Sequence record: SRR31156797_3873
Length of the DNA: 63,626 nucleotides
Direction: 5' to 3' (one strand)
Positions within the stretch are counted from its first letter, which is position 1; every line of letters starts with the position of its first letter. Under the pieces are notes generated by a model, which was not told where the DNA came from, did not search any database, and saw only the letters and a list, made by a program, of their open reading frames with translations. A program made the position numbers and the translations under genes. Positions 18,201-27,421 of the stretch are shown here, one piece after another.

Positions 18201-19892
18201 TATATAAATAGCATATTCATTATTACCGAGAAGCGTTTCTCCTGAAAGGTCAATAGTAAGTACGTTGCCAGAAGTGGATACTTCAGAACCACTGGTGCTA
18301 AGGATGATTTCATTAGATGCAGTTGTTACATTATATACCACAATAGACTTAAAGGCAGCAACAGAGACTGAAGAATAGCCATCAAAAGTAGCCGTTAATA
18401 TAGGGGAAGGTAAAATACCTGTTGCATCATCTAACGGAGAGAATGTTGGATCAGTAAGAGGTTCAACAACTGTAAAACTCCATTTAGTGTAATTTTGTAA
18501 TTCATTATAGTAATTTCCATCATAGCTAATCACATCATTATTCGGAATATAAACAGCATATTCATTTCCTCCAGTCAAGGTTTCTCCCGAAAGGTCAATC
18601 GTAAGGACATTGCCGGAAGTTGAAATTTCAGAGCCACTTGTACTAAGTATTATCTCATTTGAAGCTGTAGTTACATTATAGATTACGACAGCATTAAAAG
18701 CAGCCACAGAAACAGAAGAATATCCATCAAAAGTAGCTGTAAGTACTGGAGACTGTGAAACACCCGTAGCATCATCTAAAGGAGAAAAAGTTGGATCGGT
18801 TGCTGCAGTTGTAAAACTCCATTTAGTATAGTTTTGCAATTCATTATAATATTGCCCATCTACATCGATTACGTCATTATTTGGGATGTAAATAGCATAC
18901 TCATTACTTCCCAGTAAAGTTTGTCCAGACAGGTCAATGGTTAGAACATTACCTGAAGCAGAAACTTCCGACCCACTGGTGCTTAATATTATTTCATTGG
19001 ATGCGGTTGTTACATTGTAAATAACAACACTTTCAAAATCAGTTAATGTGACATTTGAGTAGCCATCAAACGTAGCGGTTAGAATAGGAGATACAGAAAC
19101 TTCGGTAGCGTCATCCAGTGGTGAAAATGTTGGGTCGGAGACCCCAGCCGAGGTAGTAAAACTCCATTTGGTGTAATTTTGTAATTCATTATAATATTGC
19201 CCATCCACATTAATTACATCATTATTTGGAACATAAACAGCATATTCATCTCCTCCCGATAAGGTTTCTCCAGTAAGGTCTATGGTAAGTACATTGCCTG
19301 CAGTTGATACTTGAGAACCACTTGTGCTTAAAATATATTCATTTGTAGACGTTGTAACATTTCTTATTACAATGCTCTCGAATTCAGTTAAAGAAACTGA
19401 AGAATAAGCATCAAACGTAGCTGTTAATGTTGGCGAAATTGAAACATCAGTCGCATTATCTAATGGCGAAAATGTAGGATCAGAAAGTGGTTCAACTGCT
19501 GTAAAGCTCCATTTGGTATAGTTTTGTAGTTCGTTGTAGGAAGTTCCATCTACATCAATAACATCGAGGTTGGGAACATAGACAGCGTATTCATGCCCTT
19601 CATTTAATGTTTCTCCAGATAAATCAATGGTTAAAACATTTCCACTAGTGTATACTTGAGCGGTATTGGTAGTTAAAATAATATCGAAACTTGATGTTGT
19701 AATATTCCTGATAGCTATATTTTGAAAATCTGTAAGAGTAACAGCTGAATAACCATCAAATGTAGCTGTCAAAACAGGAGAAAGGGAAACACCAGTAGCA
19801 TCATCTAATGGAGAAAAAGTAGGATCTGTTACTTGTGCAAAAGAAATAGAGCTTATAAGCAATGTCGCTAATAATGAAAATAAAGTTTTCAT
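15219..19892 (-). CDS. T9SS type-A-sorted surface protein/adhesin with tandem SbsA-like Ig domains
   Basis: Signal peptide; 8 repeats of about 115 aa ('DPTFSPLDDAT...YNELQNYTKWSFT') plus a ninth divergent Ig domain; 'TWTG...NW' and 'AGNPFPAAIDW' modules; CTD 'ILNTEGKLI...GVYIIKV...TKKVVIN'. Confidence 0.88.
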   Translation of the reverse strand: MKTLFSLLATLLISSISFAQVTDPTFSPLDDATGVSLSPVLTATFDGYSAVTLTDFQNIAIRNITTSSFDIILTTNTAQVYTSGNVLTIDLSGETLNEGHEYAVYVPNLDVIDVDGTSYNELQNYTKWSFTAVEPLSDPTFSPLDNATDVSISPTLTATFDAYSSVSLTEFESIVIRNVTTSTNEYILSTSGSQVSTAGNVLTIDLTGETLSGGDEYAVYVPNNDVINVDGQYYNELQNYTKWSFTTSAGVSDPTFSPLDDATEVSVSPILTATFDGYSNVTLTDFESVVIYNVTTASNEIILSTSGSEVSASGNVLTIDLSGQTLLGSNEYAIYIPNNDVIDVDGQYYNELQNYTKWSFTTAATDPTFSPLDDATGVSQSPVLTATFDGYSSVSVAAFNAVVIYNVTTASNEIILSTSGSEISTSGNVLTIDLSGETLTGGNEYAVYIPNNDVISYDGNYYNELQNYTKWSFTVVEPLTDPTFSPLDDATGILPSPILTATFDGYSSVSVAAFKSIVVYNVTTASNEIILSTSGSEVSTSGNVLTIDLSGETLLGNNEYAIYIPSSDVVNVDGQYYNELQNYTKWSFTTTSVLTDPTFSPLDDATGVGLSPTLTATFDAYSSVSLTAFKSIVVRNITTSSNEIILSTSGSEISTSGNVLTIDLSGETLLEGNEYAIYVPNADVINVDGQYYNELQNYTKWSFTTVTPLPDPTFSPLDNAADVGTSPTLTATFEGYSTLTLSDLENMVIRNVTTSANEIILSTNTAQVSTSGNVITIDLSGETLIEGNEYAVYIPGNDVIQVDGQYYNGLQNYTTWSFTTIDPVSDPTFSPLDDAVDVSSSPFLTATFDAYTAVSLADLENIVIYNITTSSNELILNTNSAEVYTSGNVLSIDLSGETLLAENEYAVYVPNSNIIQVDGQYYNSLQNYTQWSFTIADVSAPITSFDSPTDGQTDVSVGAPLEVSFDEAVRNLDGSQISELDLQTIVSFSPAVTFTATINAGADAITITPSDMLSSETTYTLTINQVEDILGNEQSSASSIDFTTAAFNTWTGDAGDNDFTNAANWEAGYVPGASAIIPAGTPEVIIGSNTSLPNMVIEPLGSVTINSSVLLTITEGLTLKSDATGNGSLIVDGSLTVNNSNIKIEQNISNPSIYNFISSPVQSATLTSIGSDGNIYSWNNITGSWDAYGSDTDWTPLEGYILSSTNDLLFSGAINNNSSYSITANGTPKNSGFTLAGNPFPAAIDWDLIDASDRVGIDNEFWIWLTTSQYGTYNGTTGVGTNLEGDESLIPSNHGFWIQATWESGQTVSGNLTVRKSHLAHNHTSYLKSASTEEVIPHIRLAGIHNGTKDEKVIAFSPEAAESYEAYDSKKKFGNNSDLIELYSIVDGYNLTINTYPDLVSNMIIPLCYKTSKAGTFQIALEDIQGIDENVQVLLTDNNIPNTTVDLTIDKFYEFTSEKTNSTTRFDIEFINGFTTNTDVKPATKLAEIYAIKKNIFIKTFGSEDANFSILNTEGKLIKQGKLNSGTLNEIQIQQTGVYIIKVIQDNQLSTKKVVIN
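17085..19830 (-). repeat. Intragenic tandem repeat, 8 x ~345 bp
   Basis: Units encoding DPTFSPLD recur every 345 bp (one interval is 339 bp). Confidence 0.9.
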
Positions 19893-20058
19893 TTTTTAAA
19901 ATTTTTATACCGTATTTAAGTATAAAGCAATACGGTCATTTAAAGTTTATTATAAGTTGATTAATTCAAAATTGTGTGTGTCAGGTAAAAATACCTATAA
20001 TTTTAGTATATGTACTAAGTTATTTGTAAATGTCTGACATAATTTGATAGAAGGAGAA

Positions 20059-20775
20059 TTACACAACAGTAAGTTTGGCTAAATAATCATAATGATCCCC
20101 CTCTGCTACCTTCTCCATTTTTAAACCGTTTTTTTCGGCGTAAAAACCGAGTAATTCATCATCAATAAACAACCATTTAAATGATTTGCCTTTTATGTCC
20201 CCGTAATCCATTTTGTACGAGATTTCACCGTAGTAGGTTTCGTTAAGATTTATTAAAATACTGCCGTCATCCTCTTCAAATAAATACCTTATGTCGGAGC
20301 TGTCTACAATTAATGAACCTCCTGGTGATAATAGTGATTTTACCTTATTGAAAAAACGATTCAGATTAGCTGTTTCTTCAGCTAAACCAATACCATTCAT
20401 CAACATTAAAATGGTATCGTACTTATTTTCTTCGGGTAAATTATAGAAGTCTTCGTTAATAATGTTTTTTACTCCTCGCTGATGCATAATACTACAAGCT
20501 TCGTTGCTTATTTCATTTGCAACTACTTCCTTATTGGATTGCTGTAAGTACAAAGCATGACTGCCAACTCCGGCTCCCACATCCAAAATTTTACCTTTGC
20601 ATATGGTTAGGGCTTTCTTTTCAAGGTCGGGCATTTCGTTGAACGATCTAAACAGGTATTCCACCGGCAACACGTCGTCTTCAACAATATTTGATTTTAC
20701 TATAATTTGAGCCTTTTTATTGCCATTTAAAAAATCGCGGCAAGCTGCTCCAAGGGCGTCTGTCGTTTTATTCAA
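20059..20775 (-). CDS. Class I SAM-dependent methyltransferase
   Basis: 'ILDVGAGVGSH', 'YDTILMLMNGIG', 'DSSDI', 'YYGE'. Start moved to TTG 20775 because a TATTTTTG -7 element lies at 20793-20800 (minus), inside the longer ORF. Confidence 0.85.
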   Translation of the reverse strand: MNKTTDALGAACRDFLNGNKKAQIIVKSNIVEDDVLPVEYLFRSFNEMPDLEKKALTICKGKILDVGAGVGSHALYLQQSNKEVVANEISNEACSIMHQRGVKNIINEDFYNLPEENKYDTILMLMNGIGLAEETANLNRFFNKVKSLLSPGGSLIVDSSDIRYLFEEDDGSILINLNETYYGEISYKMDYGDIKGKSFKWLFIDDELLGFYAEKNGLKMEKVAEGDHYDYLAKLTVV

Positions 20776-20841
20776 TGTTATATGTTTTGATGCAAAAATA
20801 CTAAAATACCGCTTCATATAATGTTGTATCGTAATATTTTG

Positions 20842-20922
20842 TACATTTGTGTTCATAAAATCCGTCATTGGGAAATAGACTTAAATTTTTAAAAGCAGTT
20901 TGGCGGATCTGCTTTTTTTGTT
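20842..20922 (+). promoter_or_regulatory. Promoter -7 element followed by an attenuator-like structured 5' leader of dus
   Basis: TACATTTG at 20842-20849; hairpin GTCATT-GGGA-AATAGAC (20864-20880); terminator AAAAGCAG/CTGCTTTT plus U-tract (20891-20919); ATCCGTCA (20860-20867) complementary to TGGCGGAT (20901-20908). Confidence 0.6.
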
Positions 20923-21834
20923 TTGGATACTTCAGTTTATTTTGCTCCGCTGCAGAGCTACACTACGATACCATATTTTTTAGCATTTAATCAGATTGTT
21001 GGAGGAATCGATAAGTATTTTACGCCTTTCTATCGAGTAGAAAAGAATGGGTTATTCAATTTAGAGAATGAGCTTCGCCATTATGATGATATATGTATCA
21101 TTCCTCAGGTGTTATGTAATTCCGGAAGAGAACTCATTCAGTTTGCCCAACAATGTGCCGATAGAGGTTTTGAGGAAATCAATCTGAATATGGGTTGTCC
21201 GTTTCCAATGGTAGTTAATAAAAAGTTAGGGTCTGGAATATTACCATTCCCGGATATGGTTAAGGCAATGTTGGAAACATATTGTATGCAGAATTCAACC
21301 ATAAAACTCTCTGTTAAGTTAAGGTTAGGTTTGCAAAGTACTCTGGAGATGGAATCAATTATTAAGCTCCTAAAAACTTATCCATTGAAAGAAATAATTA
21401 TGCATCCTCGCCTTGGGGTTCAGAAATATAAGGGTAGTCCTGATTGGAATATTTATGAGGAATTAATATATCATTATCCGATGGTAGCCAATGGAGATAT
21501 GCTGAGTTTATATGATATTCAAAGTTTAAAAAACAGATTTCCTGGATTACATACTTTTATGATCGGAAGAGGACTATTAATGAATCCTTGCTTGTTGCAG
21601 CCTGAATTGGATTGGTATCAAACTATAAACCAATTGCATGATGCATTTTTTAGTAATCTGCAGAATATGGGTTTAAGTGAGCATCAGCTATTAAACCAAT
21701 TAAAATGTTTCTGGGAATATCCTTCGCTTAGAGTAGAAAATGGTAAACGAATCTTACGTAAAATGAAAAAGGCAGGGAAGTTAGATGAGTTATTTCAGCT
21801 TAAGAGTCAATTGTTGAATCAGGATTTAGCTTAA
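20923..21834 (+). CDS. tRNA-dihydrouridine synthase (Dus) family protein
   Basis: 'FAPLQSYT', 'PQVL', 'INLNMGCPFPMV...GSGIL', 'SVKLRLG', 'HPR', 'ANGD', 'MIGRGLL'; TTG start. Confidence 0.9.
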   Translation: MDTSVYFAPLQSYTTIPYFLAFNQIVGGIDKYFTPFYRVEKNGLFNLENELRHYDDICIIPQVLCNSGRELIQFAQQCADRGFEEINLNMGCPFPMVVNKKLGSGILPFPDMVKAMLETYCMQNSTIKLSVKLRLGLQSTLEMESIIKLLKTYPLKEIIMHPRLGVQKYKGSPDWNIYEELIYHYPMVANGDMLSLYDIQSLKNRFPGLHTFMIGRGLLMNPCLLQPELDWYQTINQLHDAFFSNLQNMGLSEHQLLNQLKCFWEYPSLRVENGKRILRKMKKAGKLDELFQLKSQLLNQDLA

Positions 21835-21838
21835 ACTA

Positions 21839-22747
21839 TTACAAAGAAAAACCAGTATCAACATAATTATCGTAGGATTGGCAAACGGCCGAAGAGAATC
21901 GAATACCGCAATTGATCAGGTAGTCCCATTGGGATTCATTAAGTGTTTCCAAATTCTTTTTTAGGTAGTTTTGTTGCAGTAAACCATGAATAATTCCGGC
22001 ATTAAAATTATCGCCTGCGCCAATGGTACTCACAGTTTTAATTTGTGGTACAGCATAATGTTTTTTTACGAGAGGTGTTTGAACAAAAACTCCATGCGCA
22101 TTGGCTGTATAAACCAAATTTTGGCATTGATCTTGGACGTTCAGGTAAGCATTTTCGGAATTGGAGGCTTTATGAATATTCTCAAAATCCTCGTTACTTC
22201 CACGGACAATATCAGCCAGTTTAAAATTCTCCCGCATAAAGCTTAAGTACATGTCTTTGTTTTGATCATGTACCTTTCTGAAGTTGGGATCATATAAAAC
22301 AATACAACCACTTTGGGCAGCATGTTCTGCAAATTTGAGTACTTGCGATCTAATTTCAGGAGCAATAGTGTAGGTAGAACCAAACAGGAATATATCCCCT
22401 TCTTGGAAATCAGGAAGAGTTTGGTTTAATCTGTCTTCCGGGTAGTTTTTATAGAAGTTATATTCAGCGTCGTTTTGTTCGTTTAAAAAGGCCAAAGCTA
22501 TGGCGCTCTGGCCTTTTGTATATTGCTGAATATACTGCGTATTTAGTTTATTCTCTTTTAAAAAGCTAAGAATTGTTTTACCAGCTAAATCATCTCCTAA
22601 CTCACTAATCATATAACATTCATGCCCCATTCTGGCCAAAGAAATCAATGCATTTAAAACGGATCCGCCTGCTTTGGCTGATGCAGGTTGGCCATCTTTA
22701 AAAATGATATCATATACAATTTCTCCTATTCCAAAAACGCGACGCAT
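21839..22747 (-). CDS. PfkB family carbohydrate kinase (fructokinase-like)
   Basis: 'GIGE', 'AGGSVLN', 'YDPNFR', 'STIGAGDNFNAG'. Confidence 0.92.
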   Translation of the reverse strand: MRRVFGIGEIVYDIIFKDGQPASAKAGGSVLNALISLARMGHECYMISELGDDLAGKTILSFLKENKLNTQYIQQYTKGQSAIALAFLNEQNDAEYNFYKNYPEDRLNQTLPDFQEGDIFLFGSTYTIAPEIRSQVLKFAEHAAQSGCIVLYDPNFRKVHDQNKDMYLSFMRENFKLADIVRGSNEDFENIHKASNSENAYLNVQDQCQNLVYTANAHGVFVQTPLVKKHYAVPQIKTVSTIGAGDNFNAGIIHGLLQQNYLKKNLETLNESQWDYLINCGIRFSSAVCQSYDNYVDTGFSL

Positions 22748-22779
22748 ATAATTTAGATTATTAGATGTTAGTCATTAGC

Positions 22780-23322
22780 TTATTTTACCAGTTTAGAAAT
22801 CGCTTTAAATTCAGCACTTCCTGCAAAACGGCAAAGCTCAAATAAAATTGACTCGTAGCTGGTAACAATAATGCCTTCCTGTAACATTCTATTAATGGCA
22901 ATTCTTTTGTTTTCCGGATTGCGGGAACCCACGCAATCTTCAATGATAACTGGTTGGAATCCTTCCGTTTTTAAATCGATGGCTGTTTGCATTAAGCAGA
23001 TATGCGATTCGATGCCGAAAAGGATGGCTGTTTTATACTCTTCTTCTTCAAACTTGTGACGGAAGTCTTCATCATCCCAACAGCTAAAAGCAGTTTTTTC
23101 GAAGGCAGGATATTCCTCAATCTTTTCTCTGATGCCATCAATAGTTTCCCCAAGTCCTTTTTTATATTGCTCGGTAACCAACATAGGAACACCCAATACT
23201 TTTAAACCCTCCACTAATATTTCAATGTTCTTTTTTAATTGTTCGTGCCCGTGAATATGTGGAAATAATCTCTCTTGAATATCAACCACTAATCCAACGG
23301 TGTTTTCTTTTAATATTCTCAT
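22780..23322 (-). CDS. Isochorismatase-family cysteine hydrolase
   Basis: 'VVDIQERL', 'TEQYKKGLG', 'KTAFSC', 'GIESHIC', 'YESILFEL'. Confidence 0.92.
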   Translation of the reverse strand: MRILKENTVGLVVDIQERLFPHIHGHEQLKKNIEILVEGLKVLGVPMLVTEQYKKGLGETIDGIREKIEEYPAFEKTAFSCWDDEDFRHKFEEEEYKTAILFGIESHICLMQTAIDLKTEGFQPVIIEDCVGSRNPENKRIAINRMLQEGIIVTSYESILFELCRFAGSAEFKAISKLVK

Positions 23323-23341
23323 TGTATTTATTTTGTATGTT

Positions 23342-24106
23342 TTATTCTGTCAGTTCAATTACTTCTGTGGCATCATACCTCGAAGTAGCATGGATATGAT
23401 ATTGGGTGCTCAGATGTTTAAAAGCCTCCATTGCAATATCTATCCGGTTATTATCCTCTGAAATATGAGACAAAAATATAGTTTTTAATTGATTTGAGGC
23501 ATGCTTTTCGACTAAGTCTACCGCTTGTAAATTAGATAAGTGCCCCTTATCACCAGCTACTCTCTTTTTTAAATAGGCCGGGTATTTACCCGCTTCGAGC
23601 ATGGCATCGTCGTAATTGGATTCCAGGAAAAGGAAATTACATTGGGATAAATGAGCAGTTACATTATCGCAGGCAGCACCAATATCGGTAAAAACACCAA
23701 TGTTATGCTTGTTTACCGAAACCCGAAAACTGCAAGGCTCTGCTGCATCGTGCTGCTTTAAAAAGCTGTGAACGGAAAAGGAACCGATTTCAATGGTATC
23801 ACCAGGCGTAAAAGTTCGGATGCTTTCAGGGCGCATGGTGTAATGGCTTTTTTGCAAAGTCTCATTCGACAAATAAAAGGGAATACCTAGTTTTTTGCTA
23901 AGCACTTTGGCTCCCCGATAATGATCCTGGTGCTCGTGAGTAATAAATCCGGCTTTTATTTTAGATGGATTTAAACCCCTGGCTTTCATTCGTTCCATTA
24001 TTTTACGTCGGCTTATTCCTGCATCAATTATGATGGCTTCTTCTCCGTTTTCAATGTAATAGCAGTTGCCATTACTGCCCGAAGCTAACGCACAAACTTT
24101 AATCAT
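23342..24106 (-). CDS. MBL-fold metallo-hydrolase (YycJ/WalJ-like)
   Basis: Start moved to ATG 24106; 'LASGSNGN', 'DAG', 'THEHQDH', 'ESNYD', 'GHLSN', 'HIS..NN'. Confidence 0.9.
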   Translation of the reverse strand: MIKVCALASGSNGNCYYIENGEEAIIIDAGISRRKIMERMKARGLNPSKIKAGFITHEHQDHYRGAKVLSKKLGIPFYLSNETLQKSHYTMRPESIRTFTPGDTIEIGSFSVHSFLKQHDAAEPCSFRVSVNKHNIGVFTDIGAACDNVTAHLSQCNFLFLESNYDDAMLEAGKYPAYLKKRVAGDKGHLSNLQAVDLVEKHASNQLKTIFLSHISEDNNRIDIAMEAFKHLSTQYHIHATSRYDATEVIELTE

Positions 24107-24111
24107 TAATT

Positions 24112-24771
24112 TTATATATAGTAGGTTTTTATATTTTCTGCACAAGCATATTGACTCAATAGTTGGGCGGTTTCTTCCAGGGCTTCTTTTAAAGGAGCAT
24201 GCTCATCTAAGCCGATAAAAATAAACAGAATGTTGTAGGTTTGGGAGCTAATCATTGTTCGGGTTGAATCGCTGGTGGGTGTACCAAAAGCACCTTTGTT
24301 ATCTCTGAAAACCGGAAGACGTTCAATATTTAACTGGCCTCTGCCAATACCTTCGTAAGGTTCGTTTTCTTCTCCAATGCCTAAACTAATATCGCCTTCA
24401 ATTAATTGGGCATCATACCCACAAATAGAGAAACCAGTTTTAATAGAAATAAAATTCAGGATATCCACCGCATTGGAAATTTGGTATAAATCTTTACCAT
24501 TGGCAATTCTGCGCATCAAGGCTTCTGCAGCGGGGCGATAACGATTAGGATCTTTACCTAAAGCCCGATAAGCATCTTTAGTAGCCTTTACCGTTTCGGT
24601 TTGTCGGATGGTTTCCGGAGTTAAAGCCACCTCAATACGACTTAATTCCTGATTAATCCATTGGTTTAATTCGGTGCTGCTATCCTCAATTTGGATTTGC
24701 GCTTCGAGACACCCCAACTTAATATGAGGCAATAACTGTTTTATTTCGGCATTGATAGAAATAAGAGGCAT
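24112..24771 (-). CDS. Stand-alone B3/4 domain protein (related to the PheRS-beta editing domain)
   Basis: 'YRALGKDPNRYRPAAEALMRR', 'ISNAVDILN..S', 'GYD', 'GTPTSDSTRT'; start at ATG 24771, with TAACTTTG -7 at 24792-24799 (minus). Confidence 0.88.
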   Translation of the reverse strand: MPLISINAEIKQLLPHIKLGCLEAQIQIEDSSTELNQWINQELSRIEVALTPETIRQTETVKATKDAYRALGKDPNRYRPAAEALMRRIANGKDLYQISNAVDILNFISIKTGFSICGYDAQLIEGDISLGIGEENEPYEGIGRGQLNIERLPVFRDNKGAFGTPTSDSTRTMISSQTYNILFIFIGLDEHAPLKEALEETAQLLSQYACAENIKTYYI

Positions 24772-24931
24772 CGTACATTTTTTTGCTTGCACAAAGTTAA
24801 ATAAAAAGGTAAGGTAGAAATGGTGTTTGGGAATTAATTGTTGGGAAGCTTGGGTAAGTTACATATTAGAGTTACTAACCTATTGCAGTTTTAAATAATT
24901 TCAAATATCTAACTCTAATACATGAAGTAAG

Positions 24932-26071
24932 TTATTTATTCATCTCTTTTATTAATTCAATTAATTCAGTGTTCAGGCTTCTTTTTCTATCCTGATTAAT
25001 AATTGGTCGGGGTACATTTTTATGAATTAGATTTCCGTTTTTATCAATCAACATATAAAAAGGATATCCAATAGCATTATAGTTCAGTTCTGCATCTTTA
25101 GCTAGTTCTTTAGTAAGAAAATAATGATTGCCTTTCATATCTAATTTGTTAACGTAGTAATCAAATTCCTTTTGAGGGGAAGTCCTACATAAATAAACTG
25201 TGTTAACATTGTATTTTTTGAAAATTTCATCTAATCCTAATTCTTTTCTGTGCTTAATATCTAATAAACAGCCAGGACACCAAGTGCCCCACAAATCTAG
25301 GAATACAGTATTGCCGGCATTGTCTTTTTTTATACGCTCGATTAAATCTGTAAAGTTTTTAAATTCATCATCATGAATTACAATAGAATCATGATGTAAG
25401 CCAGACATGCTTGTAAAGTCATTGAACTCATTTTCTAAAGTAGATTTTAAGTTTGAGTTATAATTTAATGCCTTAGGATATGTACTCATAATCTGCCAAA
25501 AAGCTAAAAACTTTAATTTCTGATCTTTTATCGAAACCTTATTTTGATTTAAATAAGACAGATATTGAGTTGCAAAAAACGACTGCTCAATCGTTGATGC
25601 ATTATTAATCTGGTCTTTTATAAAATTGATACCAGCATCATCATTCTTACATTCTTGTTGGTTTTTGTTAAGTTCATATATTAGAGAATCCGTCTTAAAT
25701 GTAGATTTTGAATGGTATTTTAAAATGTCCTCCAATTTTTTTTCTTCAGTTGAAACATCTATAGTCAGCTTAATTGTATCATTAGGATACACAGGAAGAT
25801 ATATCACATGTTTGTACCAGCCTATTTGTATTAAAGTAGGGTAGTCGATTTTTCCTGAAAAAGAAAACTCACCCTTATTGTTGTATAGTTCATTATTGTA
25901 GCCAAAACTAAAGTGTGAAACAGGCTTTAAAATATTACAATTCACCCGATAATAGTTAAGATCCTGAAATTCTTCAAAATTCTTAAATTTCATCTCTACA
26001 TATACAGATCCTTGAGAATAGCCTGAAATTATATGGACAAAGACGAAAAATGTTATTAATAAAAACTTCAT
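24932..26071 (-). CDS. TlpA/redoxin-domain exported protein
   Basis: Signal peptide; C-terminal thioredoxin fold 'VFLDLWGTWCPGC', 'GYPFYMLIDKNG'. Confidence 0.85.
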   Translation of the reverse strand: MKFLLITFFVFVHIISGYSQGSVYVEMKFKNFEEFQDLNYYRVNCNILKPVSHFSFGYNNELYNNKGEFSFSGKIDYPTLIQIGWYKHVIYLPVYPNDTIKLTIDVSTEEKKLEDILKYHSKSTFKTDSLIYELNKNQQECKNDDAGINFIKDQINNASTIEQSFFATQYLSYLNQNKVSIKDQKLKFLAFWQIMSTYPKALNYNSNLKSTLENEFNDFTSMSGLHHDSIVIHDDEFKNFTDLIERIKKDNAGNTVFLDLWGTWCPGCLLDIKHRKELGLDEIFKKYNVNTVYLCRTSPQKEFDYYVNKLDMKGNHYFLTKELAKDAELNYNAIGYPFYMLIDKNGNLIHKNVPRPIINQDRKRSLNTELIELIKEMNK

Positions 26072-26180
26072 AATACGATAGATTAAAATTGATTAAAGGA
26101 TTGTTAGTTTTCGAATTGTATTGTAATACTTTAAAGCTGAAAATTACCAAGTCTCCCCACATTACATTTGTGGTTGGGGT

Positions 26181-27101
26181 TTATTCATAATAACCCACCT
26201 TTACCCGATATGGTAAACTATAGCCACGATCCTGATGTATAAGCCATTTATTATTATCTGGAAAAACAGTTTTCTCTCCGTACTTCTCAAAACCTCCAAG
26301 TTGAGAAAATTTAGCAGCTGTTATAGAATTTTCATTTACACTGCCTAGTTGGATATCATTATATGTGGTAACCCACCTGCCTTGAGCATCTTTTGCCCAA
26401 CTGTCTTTATCAATTATAACAGATTCCAGACCTATAAAAAAGCCCTGCTTAGGTATTGAAATTCTATATTGGGTAAGGTCTACTGTATTCCAACCATATT
26501 TAATATTCTTTATTATCAGGTTACTACTTAGTAAATTGTGATCAGGCAATTGCGTTAGAGAGTCTACATTGTAAATTCTAATGCGAGCCGATTTATTTCC
26601 GTGCTCAGTAGCAGCCACATAAAAACTAAATTCTTCTATATAGCTGGAATAATGATAACCATTAAAAAAGCGCATAATTTGTGAAGCAAAATAAAGTGGA
26701 ATATAATGCGATTTCTTCCTGCCACGTTTTCCTATAGTCATAGATTTCTTAGTCAACTTATCACTAACAATTTCTAATACGTCAAGTTGCACTTCTTTTT
26801 CATTCAATTGAATAACAATGCTCTTAGGAGTACTTATTGTTTCTTTATAAATCTTTTTGCTTTGATAACCAACACAAGAAATCATTAAAGAATCTGGAAT
26901 TGCATTTAAATTATTCAATTCAAAGCGTCCAAGAGAGTCGCATATGGCACCTATGTTTGTACCTTCTTTATGTATAGTGGCATATTCAATTCCTTTACCT
27001 GTTTGCGAACTTTTAATCTGTCCTTTTATCGAAACTTGAGCCTTGATATGGCATGTAATTAGGAATATCATAAACGCTATTAAACTTATTTGCTTAACCA
27101 T
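26181..27101 (-). CDS. Carboxypeptidase-regulatory-like domain exported protein
   Basis: Signal peptide; 'IKGQIKSSQTGKGIEYATI...GAICDSLGRF...ISCVGYQSK'; C-terminal 'WNTVDL...FFIGLE' domain. Confidence 0.8.
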   Translation of the reverse strand: MVKQISLIAFMIFLITCHIKAQVSIKGQIKSSQTGKGIEYATIHKEGTNIGAICDSLGRFELNNLNAIPDSLMISCVGYQSKKIYKETISTPKSIVIQLNEKEVQLDVLEIVSDKLTKKSMTIGKRGRKKSHYIPLYFASQIMRFFNGYHYSSYIEEFSFYVAATEHGNKSARIRIYNVDSLTQLPDHNLLSSNLIIKNIKYGWNTVDLTQYRISIPKQGFFIGLESVIIDKDSWAKDAQGRWVTTYNDIQLGSVNENSITAAKFSQLGGFEKYGEKTVFPDNNKWLIHQDRGYSLPYRVKVGYYE

Positions 27102-27303
27102 TTTTCTTATTCAGTTTTGTTTGCTTATATGTTAGCAAGATATTCAATTAATTATACCGTTTGGTATATGTAAACGAATATACATAATAATTATTGAGTG
27201 ATTTGTTTGGTTTTATGATAAAAAAGCTAGGGTGTGTTGATAAGTATTTGGTGTATAGAATGTAAGTGCTATTTTTTGAATCCTGTTTAAACCCTCTGGA
27301 ATC

Positions 27304-27411
27304 AGGGCTTACTATCTATTATCCTTAAGGGTTACTACCCCTTATTGTTAGGGATTACCACCTCTTGTTATTAGGGGTTACTACCCTTTATTGTTAGGGA
27401 TTATAACCCCT
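27304..27411. repeat. Tandem repeat A, 23-bp unit x ~4.7
   Basis: agggcttactatctattatcctt / aagggttactaccccttattgtt / agggattaccacctcttgttatt / aggggttactaccctttattgtt / agggattataacccct. Confidence 0.85.
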
Positions 27412-27421
27412 GAATGTATGA

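Noticed and set aside
20776-20868. N-terminal extension of the methyltransferase given by the ORF track
   Set aside because: It contains both divergent -7 promoter elements and part of the dus leader; TTG 20775 is the likelier start.
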